Shown here piece after piece: positions 7,827 through 10,050 of a stretch of 10,050 nucleotides of DNA. Each line of letters opens with the position of its first letter. Positions within the stretch are counted from its first letter, which is position 1. Below the pieces are notes generated by a model. That model was not told where the DNA came from. It searched no databases and saw nothing but the letters and a program-made list of their open reading frames with translations. A program made the translations under genes and the position numbers. Origin of the DNA: a candidate division WOR-3 bacterium (GTDB lineage Bacteria; Hydrothermota; Hydrothermia; LBFQ01; DSFT01); assembly GCA_965649115.1 (NCBI GenBank), contig CBFGJN010000064.1, forward strand, positions 1 through 10,050. Direction: 5' to 3'.

Positions 7827-7892
7827 GTTTTTCCCTCCCACCCTATAATTAAGCCTTTCCGCCTTAAAATGCCCATTTTTGCCTATGAGAGC
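7827..7892 (-). repeat. Degenerate internal fragment of the MITE-like element (B1), reverse orientation
   Basis: TTTTTCCCTCCCACCCTATAATTAAGCCTTTCCGCCTTAAAATGCCCATTTTTGCCTATG aligns with the reverse complement of ~8275-8340 and directly with 9978-10037. Confidence 0.75.
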
Positions 7893-7923
7893 TTTGAAAT
7901 ACTTGAAATAATGGGAGACGAAG

Positions 7924-7990
7924 TTATAAGCCAAAGGCTTGAATTCAGGGTGAGTGGGCAAAGTATAGAAATAATTATATTTTCAGAATT
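7924..7990 (+). repeat. Degenerate right-hand fragment of the MITE-like element (B2)
   Basis: TTATAAGCCAAAGGCTTGAATTCAGGGTGAGTGGGCAAAGTATAGAAATAATTATATTTTCAGAATT aligns with 8084-8150. The outer part of the right TIR is missing. Confidence 0.8.
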
Positions 7991-8000
7991 GCATCAATTA

Positions 8001-8163
8001 TGCTTTGTCCAATAATTATTGTTAAATCCTTGATTATCAATAACTTATAAAAGCTTCGCCCCCCATAGGCAAAAAACGGGTATTTATAAGCCGAAGGCTT
8101 AAATATAGGGTGGGTGGGCAAAGAATAGAAATAATCTACATTTCAGAATTCTTAGACAAAACA
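8001..8163 (+). mobile_element. MITE-like element, copy C (163 bp; 43-bp internal deletion relative to copy D)
   Basis: TIRs are TGCTTTGTCCAATAATT (8001-8017) and AATTCTTAGACAAAACA (8147-8163), 14/17 complementary. Collinear with D except that it lacks D 8225-8267. Confidence 0.85.
8023..8047. promoter_or_regulatory. Back-to-back IHF-consensus dyad in copy C
   Basis: TAA-ATCC-TTGATTATCAA-TAAC-TTA matches WATCAANNNNTTR perfectly on both strands. Binding is untested. Confidence 0.55.
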
Positions 8164-8172
8164 ACACAGCTA

Positions 8173-8378
8173 TGCTTTGTCCAGTAATTATTGTCAATCA
8201 CTTGATAATCAATAACTTATAAAATTTTTAGGGAAATTATAGATTTAATGGGGGGATTATTAGGGGGGCTTCGCCCCCCAAAGGCAAAAAACGGGTATTT
8301 ATAAGCCGAAGGCTTAATTATAGGGTGGGTGGGGAAAATATAGAAATAATCATATTTTTAGAATTACTAGACAAAACA
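8173..8378 (+). mobile_element. MITE-like element, copy D (206 bp, longest copy)
   Basis: TIRs are TGCTTTGTCCAGTAATT (8173-8189) and AATTACTAGACAAAACA (8362-8378), 15/17 complementary. No ORF in the track. Hairpins at 8263-8279 and 8302-8316. Confidence 0.85.
8195..8219. promoter_or_regulatory. Back-to-back IHF-consensus dyad in copy D
   Basis: CAA-TCAC-TTGATAATCAA-TAAC-TTA matches WATCAANNNNTTR perfectly on both strands. Confidence 0.55.
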
Positions 8379-8412
8379 CATCAATTATCAATCAGTGGAT
8401 TATTTTATAATT

Positions 8413-9039
8413 TCAGCTATTAGCAGGCAAGCTTTCCTTTATAGCTTTTAATAAATGAGAAGGATTCTTAATTTCATTAGGTAACTTTTCATAAATTTCA
8501 GAAAAACTTTTATTTTCAATCTTTATATGTCTTAACTTTTCAAGTAAAACTTCTTTTTTGATAGGAAAATCTAAACCTTTTATATTTTTTAAAACTTCAA
8601 CAGGCCAATATATTTCATAAATTTCGGAGAATTCTTTAAGATAATGTGAAAAAATTTCAAGGTTCTCTCTACCATTTTTTATCTCATCATAGGCAAGTTT
8701 GGCAAGAGCACCTGCAGTATGATTCTTTATTTTAGATTTTGGAATTTCAATTTCTCCTTTGAGTTTTTCTTTCAAAATTTCCGTTTCAGCTCTTAACATA
8801 TTTCTTATTGTATTTTTTGTTGAACCAAGGAATTGAGCAATTTCATCAGCAGTCTTATACAATTCATTTGATAAAACAACAGCATAAGAAGCAACCATAA
8901 GGCTTGGAAGCCAAGTTAAATTCCTATATTCTATAAGTTTTCTTGGTCCTCCAAGGATTTCAAGAGCCTTTAAAAAAACTCTTACAGCAATAGCATCTAT
9001 ATCTTTCTCTTGTATTTCTGATGGTTCTATAACTTTCAT
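8413..9039 (-). CDS. KaiC-associated probable regulatory protein (HTH-like) with a small DUF2795-like C-terminal domain
   Basis: 208 aa. LGGPRKLIEYRNLTWLPSL and KTADEIAQFLGSTKNTIRNML (HTH-like) recall the near-KaiC regulatory domain family. The C-terminal KGLDFPIKKEVLL resembles DUF2795. TAATG overlap with the KaiC gene, and AGGAGG SD at 9047-9052. Confidence 0.75.
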   Translation of the reverse strand: MKVIEPSEIQEKDIDAIAVRVFLKALEILGGPRKLIEYRNLTWLPSLMVASYAVVLSNELYKTADEIAQFLGSTKNTIRNMLRAETEILKEKLKGEIEIPKSKIKNHTAGALAKLAYDEIKNGRENLEIFSHYLKEFSEIYEIYWPVEVLKNIKGLDFPIKKEVLLEKLRHIKIENKSFSEIYEKLPNEIKNPSHLLKAIKESLPANS

Positions 9040-9908
9040 TACTTAACCTCCTTTCTTAATTCACTTAAACTTTTTCCAATAACTACAAGGCCTGTATCAG
9101 TTATTGTCATTAATCTCGTTGAAGTATCATGCCCACATAATCTACAACCATCAATTCTAAAAATTCTAACCATTTCACCTATGGGCTTTTTATATAATTT
9201 TTCATCATAAGAACTTTCAATAACCTTTTTAGCAAGTGCTATATTACAATCAACAATATGAGGAACTGCATAACCACCAGCACCTTCAACAGAAAATTCT
9301 TCGTGAGAACTTCTTTTTTGAGATACAAAAATTGCGGTTTGATACCACTTTTTAAGGAAATTAAATAATTTTCTTACAATAATTCTTGCTAAAACTTCTT
9401 TTGCTTCATAAAGTCCAGTTATAGAATCAATTATTACATTTTTCGATTTGTATTTTTTTATTGTATAAGCAAGTGTATCCAAAAGTGCCGAAATATCTTC
9501 TCTTAAATTATCATAACTTGCAGCATCAATAATTACGATATTATTTTCTATGCTTTTTGGATCTATACCCATAGCCAATGCTCTTTGTTTTAAACTTGAA
9601 ATTAAAAAAACTGCTGGTGCTTCCACTGTTATAAAAATTGTTGTGTTTCCCAAGCTTGCTTGTTTGATAGCAAATTGTTCAGCCATAAGACTTTTTCCTG
9701 TATCACTAACACCTGTTATATTTATAACTGCATATTTCGGAAATCCATTTAAAGTTTCTTTAATTATCTTTCCTTCCTCAAATCTCGTAATAAAAAATAA
9801 TTCATCAAGTCCTTCAATACCACTAGGTGTTCCTTCAATTTTAGGAGCAGTTTTTAAGCCCTCTTTGAAACTTATAATTGATTCTTCAATAATTTTTTTC
9901 TCTTCCAT
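9039..9908 (-). CDS. Single-domain KaiC/RAD55-like ATPase (thermophile AF_0795-like type)
   Basis: 289 aa with PSGIEGLDEL, Walker A GVSDTGKS, Walker B VIIDSIT, HIVD and R-x-x-RIDGCR-x-x-GHD. Confidence 0.88.
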   Translation of the reverse strand: MEEKKIIEESIISFKEGLKTAPKIEGTPSGIEGLDELFFITRFEEGKIIKETLNGFPKYAVINITGVSDTGKSLMAEQFAIKQASLGNTTIFITVEAPAVFLISSLKQRALAMGIDPKSIENNIVIIDAASYDNLREDISALLDTLAYTIKKYKSKNVIIDSITGLYEAKEVLARIIVRKLFNFLKKWYQTAIFVSQKRSSHEEFSVEGAGGYAVPHIVDCNIALAKKVIESSYDEKLYKKPIGEMVRIFRIDGCRLCGHDTSTRLMTITDTGLVVIGKSLSELRKEVK

Positions 9909-9938
9909 AAGTTATAAAATTTTAAAGCAAAGCAATCC

Positions 9939-10050
9939 TGCCTTGTCTAGTAATTCTGAAAATATCATTATTTCTTATTTTTCCCACCCACCCTATGAAT
10001 AAGCCTTCGGCTTAAAAATGCCCAATCTTCGGTTATGGGGGGCTTCGCCC
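9939..10050 (-). mobile_element. MITE-like element, copy E (reverse orientation, truncated by window edge)
   Basis: Begins TGCCTTGTCTAGTAATT (right TIR) and continues as the reverse complement of copy D through CCCACCCACCC, TAAGCCTTCGGCTTA and GGGGGGC. Confidence 0.85.

Noticed and set aside
7795..8412. CRISPR array or RNA gene in the long intergenic region
   Set aside because: Repeats are 160-200 bp with TIRs, not 25-45-bp repeats with unique spacers. No cas genes are present and no tRNA/rRNA features were recognised.
9039..9908. Circadian clock kaiC
   Set aside because: Single domain of 289 aa, no kaiA/kaiB in the window, and the phospho-site motif is absent.
9550..10002. 150-aa + strand ORF
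   Set aside because: Antisense to the KaiC gene and ends inside repeat copy E.

Overview
Very AT-rich bacterial window, probably from a thermophile (inferred from the KaiC-domain gene pair). The left 5.7 kb is one tightly coupled + strand gene chain. It begins with a tandem array of at least four Uma2/PD-(D/E)xK-like paralogues (the first cut by the window edge) with near-identical N- and C-terminal DNA blocks around divergent cores. The last copy overlaps rplO, followed by secY, a YggT-family gene, folP and a GT2 glycosyltransferase. The right half is on the - strand: a single-domain KaiC-like ATPase, its partner regulator, and a membrane Fe-S/CCG oxidoreductase. All three sizeable intergenic gaps carry copies of one ~206-bp non-autonomous MITE-like element, with ~17-bp terminal inverted repeats, two GC-rich triloop hairpins, an IHF-consensus dyad and a GGGTGGGTGGG block. 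Two copies form a tandem dimer flanked by a perfect 9-bp duplication, with a different 9-bp spacer between them. All alignments and counts were done by eye. Family names come from recalled motifs, not database searches.
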